Shown here piece after piece: positions 61,209 to 64,000 of a stretch of DNA of 64,000 nt. Positions within the stretch are counted from its first letter, which is position 1; the number at the start of each line of letters is the position of its first letter. The position numbers were made by a program, and so were the translations under genes. This stretch comes from Fidelibacterota bacterium (GTDB lineage: Bacteria; Fidelibacterota; Marinisomatia; Marinisomatales; JACNKV01). Below the pieces are notes generated by a model. It had not been told where the DNA came from. It worked only from the letters and a program-made list of their open reading frames with translations, and ran no database searches. The DNA lies in the NCBI GenBank assembly GCA_014381855.1, contig JACNKV010000084.1:22341-86340 (forward strand), in the 5' to 3' direction.

Positions 61209-62594
61209 TTAAACCGGCTGACACTTTGCTCCGTCAGGCGTGTCCTTCACCAACCATCCCAGCTTGTGGATTTTATCCCGAAGGTCATCAGATAATTTCC
61301 AATTTTTATTCGTACGGGCTTCCTCCCTTTCGTTGAGCAAAGATAATACCGTAGCAGGAATTTCTATCCGGCCGGGAAGCAAATCAAAAATGGAATTAAA
61401 TTTATCGATAAACCGTAATCCGGACGCTCCGTCTTCAAGGGTTAAACTGTCCTCGTCAAGCCGATGGTTCGTCTGTTTTATCCAGTTGAAAAACAAGGCA
61501 AGCGCTTGCGGAGTGTCCAAGTCATTCTCCAATGCTTTGACAAAATCATTAAATACCTTTGGAAAAGAAGCTGATGCAGTTTTATCACCGACAAACGAGG
61601 TTAAACGTTCATAGATATCGGAAATACGCTGTACGGCTTGATCGGCTTCATGTCGTTTCGACAATGAAAAGTTCAGCGTTTTTCTATAATGTGTATTGAG
61701 CAAAATGTATCGGAGTGTCTCAGGCGTAAATCCTTTTTCCAACAAATCGAATATTTGATAATAATTCCCAAGTGATTTACTCATCTTTCCGCCGTCAACC
61801 AGCAGATATTCACAATGCATCCATATATTTACAAACGGTTCACCGGTCGCACATTCTGATTGAGCAATTTCATTTTCATGATGCGGAAACATATTATCAA
61901 CCCCGCCGCAATGGATATCAAAATGAGCCCCTAAATACTCGGTGGACATCGCAGAACATTCAATATGCCATCCGGGTCTTCCCTTTCCCCAGGGAGAATC
62001 CCACGCCACATTTCCGTCTTCCTCTTTCCACGCCTTCCAAAGAACAAAATCCTGCGGATTGTCTTTTGTGTATTCATCAGAGATAATCCGTTCTGTTGAT
62101 TTTTGTCCGCCAAAATCCAGGTGTACGAGTTTCCCATACTCCGGATATGCATCAATTGAGAAATACACAGAGCCGTCACCGGCTTGATAGGCAAATCCGC
62201 CATCAATGAGTTTTTTTATCATCTTGATCATTGATTGTATATGTGCAGTCGCTCGGGGATATTCATCCGCCGGGAGGATTTTTAATCTCTTGAGATCGTC
62301 GAAAAATCTTTCTGTAAATGTCTCGGTGAGTTCTTGAATAGGAATTTTCTTTTCAATCGATTGTTTGATGGTTTTATCATCAACATCCGTGATATTCATG
62401 ACGTGGGTCATTTTATATCCTTTGAGAAGGAGAAACCGCTTCAATAAGTCTTCAAACAAGAATGCACGAAAATTTCCGATATGTGCGACATCATATACCG
62501 TTGGTCCGCAAGTGTAAAGTTTAACCTCCCCTTTTTTGATAGGCGTGAATGTTTCTTTTTGTCTCGTAATTGTGTTATAGAACTTTGTTGACAT
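61209..62594 (-). CDS. cysS: cysteine--tRNA ligase
   Basis: 461 aa with class I HIGH-type AHIGNFRAF and KMSKS (GGKMSKSLGN). Confidence 0.96.
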   Translation of the reverse strand: MSTKFYNTITRQKETFTPIKKGEVKLYTCGPTVYDVAHIGNFRAFLFEDLLKRFLLLKGYKMTHVMNITDVDDKTIKQSIEKKIPIQELTETFTERFFDDLKRLKILPADEYPRATAHIQSMIKMIKKLIDGGFAYQAGDGSVYFSIDAYPEYGKLVHLDFGGQKSTERIISDEYTKDNPQDFVLWKAWKEEDGNVAWDSPWGKGRPGWHIECSAMSTEYLGAHFDIHCGGVDNMFPHHENEIAQSECATGEPFVNIWMHCEYLLVDGGKMSKSLGNYYQIFDLLEKGFTPETLRYILLNTHYRKTLNFSLSKRHEADQAVQRISDIYERLTSFVGDKTASASFPKVFNDFVKALENDLDTPQALALFFNWIKQTNHRLDEDSLTLEDGASGLRFIDKFNSIFDLLPGRIEIPATVLSLLNEREEARTNKNWKLSDDLRDKIHKLGWLVKDTPDGAKCQPV

Positions 62595-62788
62595 AATTAT
62601 TTATCCATGAATTGAATTGTTATGGTTCCAAAAATATGGGTAGAAGGGTTGATGGGTATAATGAGTAATCACAAATTCTCGACACTCCAACACCTAACGT
62701 CCGACATCTAACACAAACCACAAAGTCTTTGTGTTCATGATAGAGAGAACAACTCTTTCGCTGTATGTCATAGAACTTCAAAAAAATA

Positions 62789-63682
62789 TCATCCGTTTAG
62801 CGCTTCGGTAATAATTTTGTTGATGAGTTCAGAAAAAGTTCCTCCGCCTGATTGATATGCCTTAGGTACCAGACTGGTATCTGTCATACCAGGAAGCGTA
62901 TTCATTTCGAGAAACCAATATCTTCCGTTGTCATCTAATCGAAAATCCACGCGACCGTACCCGGAGCAATTCAGTGCTTCATACATCCGCAGTGCATCGT
63001 TCTGAATTTGATTCGTCAACGCTTCCGGTATCTTTGCCGGACACTCATACCGACTCATCCCGGTGGTGTATTTACATTCATAATCATACAGTTCATGTGA
63101 GGGGACAATTTCAACGATCGGAAATACATCTTTTCCAACAATGGCTACTGTAATCTCACGCCCGGGGATGAACGTCTCCAACAGAATTTTATCACTATGT
63201 ACACTTGCTCGGTCAATAGCCGGAATGAGTTCGTCTTCATTATGAACGATAGATAATCCCACGGTACTCCCTTGGTCATTTGGTTTGACGACCAAGGGAA
63301 ATATAAGGTTCTTTGGAATATCATCTGATGGATTTATCAAATACCAATCCGGTGTATCGAACTCGGCCTCTCTGACTACTCCTTTACTCAGATGTTTGTT
63401 CATGCATAAGTAAGAAGCTTCCGGACCCGACCCGGTGTACACAATATTTTCCTCATCTAAACATCGTTGAATATCACCATTTTCACCTTCACCCCCGTGC
63501 AGTGCATTAAAAACGATATCCATATTTCTTAACCGGGGTAGGACTGATTCGATCGAATCATTTAACATGACGGAATCCACCTCATAATTCAACTGCTCAC
63601 AGGCTTTAGCCACCGCCGTCCCGGTGGATATCGAAATCTCACGTTCGGTGGACGTTCCTCCCATTAATATTGCGACGTTCAT
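62789..63682 (-). CDS. ddl: D-alanine--D-alanine ligase
   Basis: 297 aa ATP-grasp protein with FNALHGGEGENGDIQ, VKPNDQGSTVG and FLEMNTLPGMT. Confidence 0.92.
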   Translation of the reverse strand: MNVAILMGGTSTEREISISTGTAVAKACEQLNYEVDSVMLNDSIESVLPRLRNMDIVFNALHGGEGENGDIQRCLDEENIVYTGSGPEASYLCMNKHLSKGVVREAEFDTPDWYLINPSDDIPKNLIFPLVVKPNDQGSTVGLSIVHNEDELIPAIDRASVHSDKILLETFIPGREITVAIVGKDVFPIVEIVPSHELYDYECKYTTGMSRYECPAKIPEALTNQIQNDALRMYEALNCSGYGRVDFRLDDNGRYWFLEMNTLPGMTDTSLVPKAYQSGGGTFSELINKIITEALNG

Positions 63683-64000
63683 TGAGAAACCTCTGTCAAT
63701 GTTTTTGCACCCGCCAATAAATCCTCAGCAATGTACGTCGGATTATATTCACCACTCTTTTGCAATTTTTTTCCATTTCCCGTTAAAACCAACATTGTAT
63801 CCATCCCCAAATTTTTGCCGGCCTTCATATCAACCATGCTGTCTCCGATGATTAAAGAGTGTCCCAAGTCAATATAATGATCTTTAGCTGCTTCTAAAAA
63901 CATCCCAGGTCCGGGTTTTCGCATATTCGTCGCTCTGTCCGGATGGTCGGCATTCCAATAAATGCCCAACAATGGCAACTCATTCTGAAAAAATACTTTT
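63679..64000 (-). CDS. HAD-IIIA family phosphatase (GmhB/histidinol-phosphatase-like), 3' part only (5' end beyond the window)
   Basis: The frame stays open to the window edge (KVFFQNELPLLGIYWNADHPD...). Contains RKPGPGMFLEAAK and SLIIGDSMVDMKAGKNLG. 4-nt overlap with the ddl start. Confidence 0.6.
   Translation of the reverse strand, partial: KVFFQNELPLLGIYWNADHPDRATNMRKPGPGMFLEAAKDHYIDLGHSLIIGDSMVDMKAGKNLGMDTMLVLTGNGKKLQKSGEYNPTYIAEDLLAGAKTLTEVSQ

Noticed and set aside
62711-62734. A hairpin ACACAAA / TTTGTGT downstream of ddl as its terminator.
   Set aside because: The stem is AT-rich and only 7 bp, with competing alternative pairings (CACAA/TTGTG) and no clean U-tract on the minus strand.

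Overview
This is a compact, AT-rich bacterial chromosome segment. Every gene I can support lies on the minus strand: about 76 protein genes and 5 tRNAs. All ORFs in the track on the + strand look like shadow ORFs. The core (29.6-61.0 kb) is one nearly gapless run of translation and transcription genes, read right to left: tRNA-Thr(UGU)-Tyr-Gly-Thr(GGU), tuf, rpmG, tRNA-Trp, secE, nusG, rplKAJL, rpoBC, rpsLG, fusA, tuf, then the S10, spc and alpha operons through rplQ. To its left are ffh-rpsP-KH-rimM-trmD-rplS, asnS, and housekeeping or accessory genes: nadE, a U32 peptidase, usp, pepA, rmuC, lepA, polA, an ABC-2 transporter, alr, a Na+/solute symporter, a DUF1343/NamZ-like hydrolase, an outer-membrane protein and alaS. 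To its right are cysS, ddl and a partial HAD phosphatase. I see no CRISPR array, IS element, integrase, prophage or recognisable defence or biosynthetic island, and no convincing novel multi-gene system. The points most worth a second look are:
- asnS is interrupted by one in-frame TGA, not a frameshift.
- A 1,221-bp apparently identical tuf duplication has edges that reach into the start codons of the two different downstream genes.
- Two promoter-like elements share about 30 of 38 positions, one upstream of rpsL and one upstream of the tRNA-tuf cluster.
- Ribosomal proteins L5 (N-terminal) and S16 (C-terminal) carry long low-complexity extensions.
- A GC-rich, repeat-containing intergenic element of about 200 nt at 6.24-6.44 kb is unexplained.
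- A long imperfect inverted repeat with an internal 12-nt direct repeat lies at about 18.6 kb.
All calls come from reading the sequence and ORF translations by eye. No searches or folding programs were run.
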